Made by a program: the position numbers and the translations under genes
IMG/VR virus record: IMGVR_UViG_3300037312_000268
Coordinates: 1-64,000 of that record
DNA length: 64,000 nucleotides
Reading direction: 5' to 3' (one strand)
Source of the DNA: a virus
Lineage: Duplodnaviria > Caudoviricetes
Notes under the pieces: generated by a model
Seen by the model: the letters and a program-made list of their open reading frames with translations, nothing else
The model's database searches: none
Told to the model about the DNA's origin: nothing
Shown here: piece by piece, positions 10,201 through 19,801 of the stretch
Layout: every line of letters starts with the position of its first letter
Numbering within the stretch: the first letter of the stretch is position 1

Positions 10201-12814
10201 TGCTGTTGCTCTTTCTGACCAAATTAGGCAGGTTAAAGAAAAAGACGGGCTGTCTGAATACGAGCGCACTAAGCAAATTAATGATTTGCAATTACAAGGT
10301 GGTCAGAACCAAGTCGGTATGTACGGCAGTATGGCTGACGCTGCTTCTGGATTCTTTGAAAAAGGTAGCACAGGCTATCAAGCAATGGCTAAAGCTGCAC
10401 AAGTGCTGCATGCTGCTGAGGTAGCACTTTCCATTATCAAAGGTGTCAATGCAATTCTGACGCAAGGTGCTGGCGATCCATATTCTGCATTTGCACGTAT
10501 GGCTGCAATGGCAGCAATTGTGGCTGGACTTGGTGTTGCTATCTCTGGAAGCTTTGGTGGAGGCGGTAGTGCAATGTCCTCTGAAAATCAACAGAAGATT
10601 CAAGGTACTGGCTCTGTACTTGGCTCCCCAACAGTCACTGACGGTGTTGATGTCAAACTTGTTGGTGCAAAGAGCGATTCGATTGCAAACTCACTTAAGA
10701 TTGCAGAGAAGAATTCTGGCCTTGGTCTGGTTGTACAGAACGACATGTTGACAGCGTTGCAAAAGCTTAATGACAGCATTAACAGTTTTGCGATTCTCGC
10801 TGTGCAGAACAGCGGCCTGACAGGGAACACAGCATCAAACAGTCAGTCGTTTAGTGGTAAAGGCATCGCTGCTGCCGGGGCTGTTGGTGGGGCTATAGGT
10901 GGTGCAGCCCTTGCCGCAAACTGGGCAATTGGTGCATCCTTCATGTTTCCGGTTTTAGGCACTATTGCTGGCGCAGTGTTGGGTGCAGTGTTAGGGCACG
11001 GTATTGTTGGAAAAGCACTCAGCAGTGTATTCGGCGGCTCTCAATCTGTTGATGACACTGGACTCACAATCGGAAAGACCTCGCTTGGCCAAGTGGAATC
11101 GGCTGGCCTTGCAGGCAACCAATACACGAACACAACAACAAGCGGAGGATGGTTCCGCAGCGATAGCCACAATACAGCTACACAAAGTCTTGGTGCAGAG
11201 TTTAACGACCAGATTACTAAAGTTGTATTGAGTATGGAAGATGCTCTTAAAACTGCTGCTGTTGGTCTTGGTGTTGGTGGAGATGATTTCAACAAGAAGT
11301 TGCAAAGCTTTGTTGTGGACATCGGCAACATCAGTCTGAAGGGAATGACTGGCGATCAAATACAACAAACTCTTCAGAATGTGTTCTCTAAGCTTGGCGA
11401 CCAAATGGCCCAATTTGCTTTTGCTGACCTCCAAAAGTATCAGAAGATTGGCGAAGGTTTGATGGAGACTGTTGTTCGTGTTGCCAACGATTTGCAGCAA
11501 GTGAAAGATGTGTTTGACACGCTGAGCAAGACTATCCCTGCTGGCGTTGCTGCAATTGAAGCATCGGAATCACTCATCTCGCAATTTGGCTCTGTGGACA
11601 ATCTGACAAAAGGTGTTAAATCTTACATCAGTGCAATCTACACAGACCAAGAGAAGCTTATACCGATCATCAAGTCTGTGTCAACGGCAATGGACGGTCT
11701 TGGCTTGTCGTATGTGAAAACTAAAGAGCAATTCAAAGCTGTTGTTGATAGCCTTGATTTGACAACTGAAGCTGGTGCGAAGATGTTTGCAACGTTGATG
11801 AACATTGCCCCTGCATTTGCACAAACGATTGACGACAGCGAGAAGCTTGCTAACGATGCTCGGAGTGCTTTGACAGATGCTTACAAGCGTGAGTCTCAAG
11901 CCATCACTGATACACAAACCAAGATGAAAAACTTGGTGACGACCCTCAAGCAACTTGGTTCGTCGAGTCTTCTTGGCGATCTGTCTCCGCTCACACCACA
12001 ACAAAAGTATTTGGAAGCTAAATCTCAATTTGAGACAATTGCTGCAAAAGCACAAGGTGGCGATGAGACGGCACAAGGACAATTTGAAGCAGCTTATAAT
12101 GCGTTTCTTGAAGCTTCTAAAGTGGCTAATGCATCTGGTGCACAATATCAGAAAGACTTTGATTACGCTCAAAAGGTAACGCAACAAGCCACAGAATGGG
12201 CACAGAAGCAAGTGAATGTGCAGCAAGCAACTCTGGACGCACTGAATAAGCAAGTGGCAGGCTTGATCGATGTGAATGACGGATTGCTCACTGTTTCTCA
12301 AGCAATTCAAAACCTCATCACAGCCTTGAAGGGAACTCCGGCAGGTGCCACTGCTCAACAGCAAGCTTCCACTAATGCCAAGAATGCTATCGAAGGATTG
12401 TACGAGTCAATTCTCCATCGTGCATCTGATACAGCAGGTATGCAGTTTTGGATGGACAAAGTAAGTCAGGGTGTTTCGATTGCGGATATTGCTAAAGCTA
12501 TTGCTAACAGTGATGAAGCTATGGGCAATATCAAGCCAATTAGCACAGGTACAACATCTACATCTGCGGTTGCTCCAGTTACAGCAATGGTGGGTACGCA
12601 ATCTGTTGCTCATGCCGATGTTGTGACAGCAGTCAAAGAAATGCAAAATGCTGTCACTACTGCTATTGCAGAGACTGGGCAAACAACAACATCACAACTT
12701 GCAAGCGCTGTATATGACTCTCAAGATAAAGCGGCAAATAAAACTGTTGCTGGTGTTTCCGATGCAGTGGTTTCTACCAAAGTTGGAACAAGCTATCAAA
12801 TTAAACAAAGGTAA
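7229..12814 (+). CDS. Tail tape measure protein
   Basis: 1861 aa, Ala/Gln/Lys-rich helical; lambda-type TMP segment (LNEQAILTG...KLAATGKFT...TIKQFERLAAEP); central Gly/Ala hydrophobic stretch; follows chaperone genes. Confidence 0.92.
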   Translation: MSLEASTLTIVVNSTGIQDATKALNDLAKAGEAAEQKTSKIGNGAQASAKAQVDAAQQAASSYNAIIDMMTEKSNTFYQDKAMKAAIASQQELFDGMSMMDKLWAYSQEMAQKEADKRSKESADVRAQQQAILDAATARYAAEQELANRMNASYDKRQSASVEDAHAAAIIEDKKRAWQALGQVQSEAIKINRDLDAAQKRLEDDHASAILEDKRRAWKALGQAQQEALSINTKMDRDAQEARAEGDAYVAMLKRQAETVGMTTKQLKEYTAAQQLARAETLGVRNQVEGFVSTLQQAKGPHENFNLLTAGSAREMMVLMHELSQGQLNRFYGSLIVLGERINFLPKTLEKVAEAAASLGVSMSTLVVGAVAAVVAIGAAIYTYEKSRVALKELNEQAILTGHSFGATGEAMYEMSNKIGNANGRMADTRETMVKLAATGKFTADEIGMITEAAVGLEKYGGVSIDNTIKQFERLAAEPTKANVRGFKGISQAAVELNQQLGFLEPAVLAEVIHLERIGDVAGASAKVIKALADEEKNRIVELKGELTIFGQVLDDITTKAKAMWNSLWNKGTLQDQLSEVTEHIVTLSTKIGNGGMLANNGVLQNELNGYLVKSNEIQDKIAAKDKKEADAKHKRDVDNAADLAQIEVRNILERAKYETRFQEDKARLDKRFEEMHAGGITTGLGSQESYDTALAALKKQDTPKEAKPKSDGLAGLNEHLAQVNARYEIDKRYYDNQVKFINDLQQKKLISDSAADHAKKEFLDNESKMEADSLDAQLKLVDGFYSKDTRLMEQAATKRAEIQKRIEKNQTDTAARNNINATDPAARQQKEQDDADAKTVQFVTQVNSQTQAIQAKIDAYNRIPEAARAAITNEKQMQDEFTKAEIEWKQQQIDTISAMGEGSAEEVIRLTAEKKALEDRAKAQQTWEEIQAKINANAARSAALTKVATEQVRMWKDIGSEIEKSLKTAFGNSGEAAGKMFKAFAEGQADAVALSDQIRQVKEKDGLSEYERTKQINDLQLQGGQNQVGMYGSMADAASGFFEKGSTGYQAMAKAAQVLHAAEVALSIIKGVNAILTQGAGDPYSAFARMAAMAAIVAGLGVAISGSFGGGGSAMSSENQQKIQGTGSVLGSPTVTDGVDVKLVGAKSDSIANSLKIAEKNSGLGLVVQNDMLTALQKLNDSINSFAILAVQNSGLTGNTASNSQSFSGKGIAAAGAVGGAIGGAALAANWAIGASFMFPVLGTIAGAVLGAVLGHGIVGKALSSVFGGSQSVDDTGLTIGKTSLGQVESAGLAGNQYTNTTTSGGWFRSDSHNTATQSLGAEFNDQITKVVLSMEDALKTAAVGLGVGGDDFNKKLQSFVVDIGNISLKGMTGDQIQQTLQNVFSKLGDQMAQFAFADLQKYQKIGEGLMETVVRVANDLQQVKDVFDTLSKTIPAGVAAIEASESLISQFGSVDNLTKGVKSYISAIYTDQEKLIPIIKSVSTAMDGLGLSYVKTKEQFKAVVDSLDLTTEAGAKMFATLMNIAPAFAQTIDDSEKLANDARSALTDAYKRESQAITDTQTKMKNLVTTLKQLGSSSLLGDLSPLTPQQKYLEAKSQFETIAAKAQGGDETAQGQFEAAYNAFLEASKVANASGAQYQKDFDYAQKVTQQATEWAQKQVNVQQATLDALNKQVAGLIDVNDGLLTVSQAIQNLITALKGTPAGATAQQQASTNAKNAIEGLYESILHRASDTAGMQFWMDKVSQGVSIADIAKAIANSDEAMGNIKPISTGTTSTSAVAPVTAMVGTQSVAHADVVTAVKEMQNAVTTAIAETGQTTTSQLASAVYDSQDKAANKTVAGVSDAVVSTKVGTSYQIKQR

Positions 12815-12819
12815 TTAAT

Positions 12820-14298
12820 ATGGTTGATTTTGCTGCATGGCTGAAAAACCCTGCTGCTCCTCGTATTGTGTTGGTTGAGGTGAATGTAAAGAGTAGCGGG
12901 ACAGAAATTACCCGTTACTTGTCCACGGGGGCTTATGTTACGGCCCCTACAGACACACCAGCTAACCAACAATATCTCCCTATCCTGACATCTGGCTTGC
13001 AATATACTGAGAAGCTTGACATCGAAGGTACGGGAGGTTTGTCTGGCGGCGATCTTACGATTGCCAATTACAACGGGGAGCGGGACAGTTGGTTGGATGA
13101 TGTATGGGATAACAGGTCCATTGTAGCGTGGATTGGTGACCCTAGCTGGGCACGTCCTGATTTCCAAATGATTTTTAATGGTATTGTTGCCACTATCGAC
13201 AGCAAGGATGAAAAAACACTTACACTCACTATTCTTGATAAGCTTCAGAGACTAAATACACCAGCAACTGAGCAAAAGATTGGGGATGTGAATACAACCA
13301 ACCCTCCAAACAAAGACAACTTATTTAAGCTTTCTTTTGGGGAAGTTCACAACGTAACTCCAGAACTTCTTGACGCAACACTTCTTAAATATCAAGTTCA
13401 TAATGGTCCTATCGAAGATATTATTGAAGTGAGAGATAATGGTGTTGCTGTAGGTATTACAAAAAGTCTGACAGACGGCACATTCACTTTGTCACACTCT
13501 TCTGCCGGGACGATCACAGCATCTGTGCAGGGTGACAAGAATACGACGTACGTAAACACTATTGCGGGTGTCATTCGTCGATTGGCTACTTCGTTTGGCA
13601 CGGTTGGCTCCAGATACTCAGACTCTGACATCGATCTGTCAAACTTTACAGCATTCGATACAGCGTGCCCTCAACCTGTTGGTGTGTATCTTGAGAGCGG
13701 TGATAACGTTCTTACAACGTGTCAAGACTTGGCCAAGAGTGTAGATGCTCGATTGGTTACGTCGCGTTCAGGATTGCTTCGTCTTATTCAAGTAGATATT
13801 AATGGTACAGGCACCCCGGTGGATATTGGCCCCAGCCAAATCATGTCAGGCTCGTTAAAAATTAGCAGCCGGCCTCTTGTACAAGCATCAATCAAGCTAG
13901 GATTTGACAAAAACTACACTGTGCAGGATAATCTACTTACAAGCATTCCAGATGAACATAAAAAGCTTTTCGCCCAAGAATGGCTGACAACAACGTCTAC
14001 GAATACCACGGCTAAAGCGGATTACAAACTTAACGCCGCTCCGCCTCAAACAGATACTATGCTTCTTCGCAGGGTTGATGCAGCAGCAGAGGCGGATAGG
14101 CGAGTTGCTTTGTGGAGTACACCTCGTAGTGTATTTCAATTCACAGGCACGGCAGACTTGATCAATTCTCTTACATTGGGTTGTGCTGTCATATTGACGC
14201 ACACTCGTTTTGGATTATCGTCAGGCAAAAACGGAGTGGTTGTGTCCTTGAGCCCAAATTGGTTTAACGGTACAATCATGGTAGAAATTTTAATTTAA
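12820..14298 (+). CDS. Tail tip / baseplate hub protein
   Basis: 492 aa directly after TMP; beta-rich; FGEVHNVTP..L motif seen in siphophage hub proteins. Confidence 0.6.
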   Translation: MVDFAAWLKNPAAPRIVLVEVNVKSSGTEITRYLSTGAYVTAPTDTPANQQYLPILTSGLQYTEKLDIEGTGGLSGGDLTIANYNGERDSWLDDVWDNRSIVAWIGDPSWARPDFQMIFNGIVATIDSKDEKTLTLTILDKLQRLNTPATEQKIGDVNTTNPPNKDNLFKLSFGEVHNVTPELLDATLLKYQVHNGPIEDIIEVRDNGVAVGITKSLTDGTFTLSHSSAGTITASVQGDKNTTYVNTIAGVIRRLATSFGTVGSRYSDSDIDLSNFTAFDTACPQPVGVYLESGDNVLTTCQDLAKSVDARLVTSRSGLLRLIQVDINGTGTPVDIGPSQIMSGSLKISSRPLVQASIKLGFDKNYTVQDNLLTSIPDEHKKLFAQEWLTTTSTNTTAKADYKLNAAPPQTDTMLLRRVDAAAEADRRVALWSTPRSVFQFTGTADLINSLTLGCAVILTHTRFGLSSGKNGVVVSLSPNWFNGTIMVEILI

Positions 14299-14307
14299 AG
14301 GAACACG

Positions 14308-17300
14308 ATGGCTACAGTAGTGAACGATAGGGATGTGCTATTGTTGGGAACATCTCAACGGAACGTAAATTCTCAAGATGCAACAATTTTAATTACAAGT
14401 GATTCCCCTACATTCCATGTCAGTGCGACAGGCACTACTACGCCATCGTATATTACTGTTACAGCACACCTTCTGAACATTGTTGGAACAGCTTCTTTTA
14501 CAGCAGCCGGTGCCACGATTACGGATAACGGTAATAATACAGCTACAGTCGCATGGGACGGTATGACAGGTAGTTCTGCTGTCATTACAGCAAGCATTAC
14601 AGTTAATGGATCGACGTTTAACGCAAGTACAACACTAACTAAAGTGGTGGATGGTTCTGCCGGTCAAGCAGGGGCCAGCGCAAATTGGGTGGAGATTTCC
14701 ACACTTGGTGGACAAGTGTTCAGTCGCACGACTTCGACAGCAACATTTGCACCAACTTCTATCGCACTGAATGCCACTCCGTACGGCAACAATGCTACCG
14801 CATACCAGTGGCAATATTGGGATGGCAGCACGTGGGTTGATATTACTGGTGAAACATCAGCGACACATTACGTCAATTCTGGAGATTTTACTGCATCTCG
14901 TAATTATCGTGTGCAAGCCACAATCAATGGCAACGTGTATTTAGATGAAATGACCCTTGTGCAAGTTACAGGGGGTACTAATTCTATCAGTGGTTTTTTG
15001 ACAAATCAATCCATCACACTTGCAGCGGACTCTGAGGGTAACGTCGGAAGCTTCGCTTCTGCTACGGGCACATTTAAAGTGTATGATGGTACGACGGAAA
15101 AAACTGGCACGGCAGTAACCTATTCCGTGGTAACGCAGACAAATTGTACAGCATCTATTGCCTCCACGGGCGTTTATAACATCACAGCAATGACAGCAGA
15201 TACAGCGAGTGTTGTTCTGCAAGCTGTGTACAACGGTGTTACAATTCCTCAGACTGTAACTCTTGCTAAATCTAAGACAGGTGCAGCAGGTACGCCTGCT
15301 AACCAATATGCTGTAACCTATTTGTATCAATGGTCTTCGTCTACACCAGCTAGTCCAACTGGTTCATCAAATTATAATTGGTCTACTGGCGCTAACACAG
15401 GTTACGTGACGAATGATGGTTGGAGCATGTCAGTTCCGACAAATCCGGGAACTCCCAACCTTAAGCTCTACGTAGCTATTGCACAAGTAGTTGCTTCTAG
15501 CGGTACGACATCCAGCACGGTTAGTTATTCTAGCGCGTCTGTGCAAGCATGGACACAGAACGGAGGGACAGGCCCACAAGGTGCAAGTGGTGTGCAGGCT
15601 GCTACGGCAACAGTGTTTCAATGGGCTGTAAGCATTCCGGCTGGCCCTTCTGGAACATCAACTTACACATGGAGTGGTGGGGCTATCGGAACTGTGCCTA
15701 GTGGTTGGTCTACGACTGCTGGTACATCCCCTTCTGCTGGTATGACATTGTGGGCAGCTAAAGTATATATCACGGATTCCGCAACTGTTACACAAACAAG
15801 CTTTAATTGGACATCTGCGGCTATTTCGGCCGTGGGTTATGCTGGCACTAATGGGGCCAATGGTGGCTCAGGTGCACAGGGTTCTTCCTATGTCACAGCG
15901 TATTGCGCATCTGCCACAGCTACAACCAACACTGCACCAGATCAAACAACTGGAAAGACAAGTCTTCCTGCTACGAACGATGGTGGTATTACAGGCACGT
16001 GGTCCTCTACTGTTCCTTCTTTGACATCTGGGCAATATCTGTATCAGACAGATGGTATTTATGATCCAACTACTGACAAAGTTACATGGTCTATTCCGTA
16101 TTGGTCTTCTTTAAAGGTCGGCAGCCTAAGTGCAATTACGACTGATACAGGCACACTTAATGTAAGTGGAACAATCAGTTCTGCAAATGGTAATTTTACT
16201 GTTGACAATAACGGTGGTGTGACGATGAAGTCTGCCACTATTCAAGATGGCAGTGGTAATATTATTTTACAAGCTGGCGTTGCATTAGGCTCTCAGACAA
16301 GTCAAGTAAGCACTGCTATCAATTCGGCTGCACTTTCAAGTTTCTCACCATATAGCACATGGGACTTCACAGGGTCTATCCAAGGGTGGGCTGCTGTCAA
16401 CGGGGCCACACTCACTGCCAATACGGACTCGATCACTATCACTTCGACCAACGTCGATCCTATCCTAGAGTCTCCAGGGTCACTTGGCTTTTCTGGCTCC
16501 AAGTACGATAAGGTTCGTGTGCGTATTCGTCGCCTCGCGGGCTCTGGTTGGGACGGCAGTCTTTATTTTGACAAGCCGGGGGGTGTGGGTGAGGGCACAC
16601 TCGGGCGAGGATTCCTAGCCAACCCGAACCTTGGGAGCAACGTATGGACCACGTTGGAGTGGGATTTGTCCACCGTTACGGGCTGGACCTCCAACACCAT
16701 CGACCACATTCGACTGGACTTCGGCAGCACGGCCCAAGATGTATTCGAGATTGACTGGGTGTCCATTGGCCGCTACGGCGTTGGCTCGGACGAACTGTCC
16801 TCCGCTGCGGCAACGGCTCAAGCAGACGCTGATGCGGCCAATGCCGCTATCGCTGCCATCTCCAGCGATAGTGTGCTGTCCAAAGCAGAGAAGCCGCAGA
16901 TGATGATCGACGTTACAGCCATCTCCGACGAGAAGCCGGGCTTGGTTACGCAGTGCGGTGCCCTCGGAGTGGATAGTGGTCCATATCAGACTGCATACAA
17001 CGCGTTGTCGGACTACCTAGGCTCGCTTTCCCCTGCCTGGAATGACACTACACAGGACACCTCAATTGATGGCGTAACGTTCCGCACCAAGTTCACAGAC
17101 TACTACACGGCAAAGCAGGGTCTGGTCAATGACATCGCGTCCAAGGCTTCGACCATGGCGTCAGGCGTGACTCTCAGTGCTAGCGGTGTGCTGCAAGGCG
17201 CCGGGGGTGGACAGGTGACACTTCCGGGAATGGGACATAACACCTATCGGGTGATCACCATTGGCAACTCTTGCACGGCCACACTCCCTGCGGCCATAGG

Positions 17301-19194
17301 GCTCTATATCAACGGAGTTCTTCAGGGGGGTATAAACATCTCCCGGAGCTACACGGTGGTCGTTCTCAATCGCAGCACTGGGAATATCATTAGTGCTACG
17401 AACTATGACGTGTACGGTGTCGGAGAAACTAACGGTAAGACCGCGGCCACCATGGCGTCCGACCTCAACGCCCTGACCTCGGACAAGATCATATTGGTGA
17501 TCTCTTACGACGAGCCGTACGCTCACAGGCTGGATTCTGGACTTGACACCGCGATGTACCGTTGTGGGGCCAGCAGGGCGGTGTACGGATCTCCCAGCTT
17601 CAAGAGTCGTTCGGCCTATGTGCTGGTGGGTATTCCTGGGTGCGGTGAAGGCAATGGCGCAGAGGCGTATCAAGGCTCGGTCGACAGTGATCCGAATGCC
17701 TGGGTGGATATTGGCTTCGGCATCGTGAACGGCACCTTGACCGGGGTATCTGTGAACTACCGTCCGCGCACCCTGGCCGACTACAGCTACACCGGGGACT
17801 TGAATGCCACCAATGGCGCCACCATTGGCACCAATGTTAGTGGCCAGATCACCAGTTCTAATTCGTCCACACTTGTTGGAACTGGCGCTATTAATTCTGT
17901 GCATATTTCTGACCTACGTACGACCAACTACGCGGAAGATGGTTCTGGGAATCCCACTGCTGGCGGCAAACTGGCATCAACAGGAACTGCGTTTAAGGTT
18001 GCTTCCAATTCAATGCAAGTGGGTACTCTTGTTCTGTCTGATTACTGGTTCCGTTTAGTACAAGGTGTTGATGGGTCGGTTTCATCGAATAGGATTATCT
18101 GGCGTGGTAATAATGATGCCACGACACGTGGTGGTGCACCAGACATCAACTGCTTGTCGATAATTCCAAAGATGTCTATTGTTCAATACTATACTTCAGA
18201 CACCACACAAACAAACGTCGGCGGTCTTCCGGGTAGTGGCAGTGGTATGCACACTGTTTTTTATGGTTTCACCTTAACACCTACATCTTACTCTAGCAAT
18301 ACTGACAATCTGGATGCGATGCAACAAATTCATGTTCAATTTTTTGCAAAACCTAATGACACGTCTCCGTTTATGGAAATTTATCAATCCTGCCCTTCTA
18401 GAACATACAGCGGAACGACAGGGGCAGATGGTGCTGTGCAGGGGTCATTTGCGGCCAGTTTCCTGTTTAGTGGTAATGCACTATGGTATAGCCCGACTCC
18501 TGCTTCTGCTAATCCTAACCTTTCAGGCACCTCTCCGAACATTTTACATGGTTCTGTCGGCTCAGGAGGTACTTACGGGGTTTACTGCGGCTTCTTACGC
18601 GTCAGGGCAGCTAACACTTATGGATGGTCGGCAACCAAGGATTTCGGGCCAACTACATCGACAACTGGTGCCAGTACGTCAAGTACATCTACGACGTATA
18701 AGAACAACATCGCATGCCCGGCTGGCACCATTACTGGTGTTGCTGGGTCGTCTGGTGGAGGCTCCGGTGCATCGGGCGGTGCATGCCCTGCCCCTTGGGT
18801 TAAGGTGAAGTTGTTAAACGGTAAAGAGATAAATGCTTCTGATCTGCATAATGGAGCTAAGCTCGCTGCTGTCAATGATAACAATATGCAACATCTCCCG
18901 CAAGGCGGAACTGTGCGCGACGTAACAACAATCTGGGCACAGCGCTATCGTGTCAAGCTTACGAATGGAGAAACCACTGAATGGAGTGAAAACCATCGAT
19001 TTGCTGTTGCAGAGCGGGGTTGGGTCACTGTACAAAACCTTCGTGGTGGTGATAAAATCCTTGGCCTACAAGAAAGTGTTGTGGAATCTGTTCTAGCTGT
19101 TGGAGAAGGCCAAGTGGTGAGTTTCCGCGTCGAAGGCGCTGGTACTTATTTTGCAGGTGGTTTGCTTTGCCATAATACGAAAGCATCTTTCTAA
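14308..19194 (+). CDS. Central tail fibre / host-specificity protein with carbohydrate-binding-like and ILEI-like domains and C-terminal Hint domain
   Basis: 1628 aa, Thr/Ser/Gly-rich; three W-containing repeats separated by short G-x-x triplets; jelly-roll segment (~16345-16780); ILEI/GG-lectin-like segment (~17325-17680); Hint motifs C1 (18784) ... SENHRF ... GWVTVQNLRGGDKI ... TYFAGGLLCHN-T. Confidence 0.8.
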   Translation: MATVVNDRDVLLLGTSQRNVNSQDATILITSDSPTFHVSATGTTTPSYITVTAHLLNIVGTASFTAAGATITDNGNNTATVAWDGMTGSSAVITASITVNGSTFNASTTLTKVVDGSAGQAGASANWVEISTLGGQVFSRTTSTATFAPTSIALNATPYGNNATAYQWQYWDGSTWVDITGETSATHYVNSGDFTASRNYRVQATINGNVYLDEMTLVQVTGGTNSISGFLTNQSITLAADSEGNVGSFASATGTFKVYDGTTEKTGTAVTYSVVTQTNCTASIASTGVYNITAMTADTASVVLQAVYNGVTIPQTVTLAKSKTGAAGTPANQYAVTYLYQWSSSTPASPTGSSNYNWSTGANTGYVTNDGWSMSVPTNPGTPNLKLYVAIAQVVASSGTTSSTVSYSSASVQAWTQNGGTGPQGASGVQAATATVFQWAVSIPAGPSGTSTYTWSGGAIGTVPSGWSTTAGTSPSAGMTLWAAKVYITDSATVTQTSFNWTSAAISAVGYAGTNGANGGSGAQGSSYVTAYCASATATTNTAPDQTTGKTSLPATNDGGITGTWSSTVPSLTSGQYLYQTDGIYDPTTDKVTWSIPYWSSLKVGSLSAITTDTGTLNVSGTISSANGNFTVDNNGGVTMKSATIQDGSGNIILQAGVALGSQTSQVSTAINSAALSSFSPYSTWDFTGSIQGWAAVNGATLTANTDSITITSTNVDPILESPGSLGFSGSKYDKVRVRIRRLAGSGWDGSLYFDKPGGVGEGTLGRGFLANPNLGSNVWTTLEWDLSTVTGWTSNTIDHIRLDFGSTAQDVFEIDWVSIGRYGVGSDELSSAAATAQADADAANAAIAAISSDSVLSKAEKPQMMIDVTAISDEKPGLVTQCGALGVDSGPYQTAYNALSDYLGSLSPAWNDTTQDTSIDGVTFRTKFTDYYTAKQGLVNDIASKASTMASGVTLSASGVLQGAGGGQVTLPGMGHNTYRVITIGNSCTATLPAAIGLYINGVLQGGINISRSYTVVVLNRSTGNIISATNYDVYGVGETNGKTAATMASDLNALTSDKIILVISYDEPYAHRLDSGLDTAMYRCGASRAVYGSPSFKSRSAYVLVGIPGCGEGNGAEAYQGSVDSDPNAWVDIGFGIVNGTLTGVSVNYRPRTLADYSYTGDLNATNGATIGTNVSGQITSSNSSTLVGTGAINSVHISDLRTTNYAEDGSGNPTAGGKLASTGTAFKVASNSMQVGTLVLSDYWFRLVQGVDGSVSSNRIIWRGNNDATTRGGAPDINCLSIIPKMSIVQYYTSDTTQTNVGGLPGSGSGMHTVFYGFTLTPTSYSSNTDNLDAMQQIHVQFFAKPNDTSPFMEIYQSCPSRTYSGTTGADGAVQGSFAASFLFSGNALWYSPTPASANPNLSGTSPNILHGSVGSGGTYGVYCGFLRVRAANTYGWSATKDFGPTTSTTGASTSSTSTTYKNNIACPAGTITGVAGSSGGGSGASGGACPAPWVKVKLLNGKEINASDLHNGAKLAAVNDNNMQHLPQGGTVRDVTTIWAQRYRVKLTNGETTEWSENHRFAVAERGWVTVQNLRGGDKILGLQESVVESVLAVGEGQVVSFRVEGAGTYFAGGLLCHNTKASF

Positions 19195-19204
19195 AGGAAT
19201 TAAT

Positions 19205-19726
19205 ATGACTACTACTACTACAGATGTGCAAACCGCACTAGCAAATGAAGCGCGCCGCCAAGAGTTGCGTCAAAAGATCGCAGGGCTGCAAGGTTCTATG
19301 AACGCGACAGCATCTCTTGTGCAACGCCTTAACAGCGTTAACAGTGATGCTCAGATTTCTTTGTCGTCGGCTCAAGACGAGCTTGTCGCACTAGAAGCAG
19401 GGGCCGGGCCGGGCATCACTGCGGATTACGGCCCTAAATCTATTATCACACAGTTGGTAGAAACAGAGCGCTTTGCTGCTAAGAGTGCTGCCATTGATTA
19501 TATTAAAGCTAATCCGACGTGTACGGAAGACGAGGCTGCACAAGCTTGGAATGAAGCGGCTCTTGCAAGCCATACGGATTTCGTATTTGTTATTCAAGAT
19601 GCAATTATCATGTCGAAAGTGTATAGGGCTAATCTGCTGAAGGCCAATCTTATTCCTGATGACACATGGGAATCTTATCGTACCTTCATTGTTAACACAG
19701 ACAAAAGTGTTATCGAATCAATGTAG
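19205..19726 (+). CDS. Hypothetical protein, possible fibre assembly chaperone
   Basis: Start moved to ATG 19205 (AAAGGA RBS; MTTTTTDVQ); N-terminal coiled coil; immediately after the fibre. Confidence 0.5.
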   Translation: MTTTTTDVQTALANEARRQELRQKIAGLQGSMNATASLVQRLNSVNSDAQISLSSAQDELVALEAGAGPGITADYGPKSIITQLVETERFAAKSAAIDYIKANPTCTEDEAAQAWNEAALASHTDFVFVIQDAIIMSKVYRANLLKANLIPDDTWESYRTFIVNTDKSVIESM

Positions 19727-19732
19727 CCTATT

Positions 19733-19761
19733 TTGACAATAGTAGATAGCCGTGATACAAT
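19733..19761 (+). promoter_or_regulatory. sigma70-type promoter
   Basis: TTGACA-17 nt-TACAAT. Confidence 0.7.
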
Positions 19762-19801
19762 CTTTTAAGAATTTTATACGTCCAATTTTTGAAAGGGTAA
19801 C

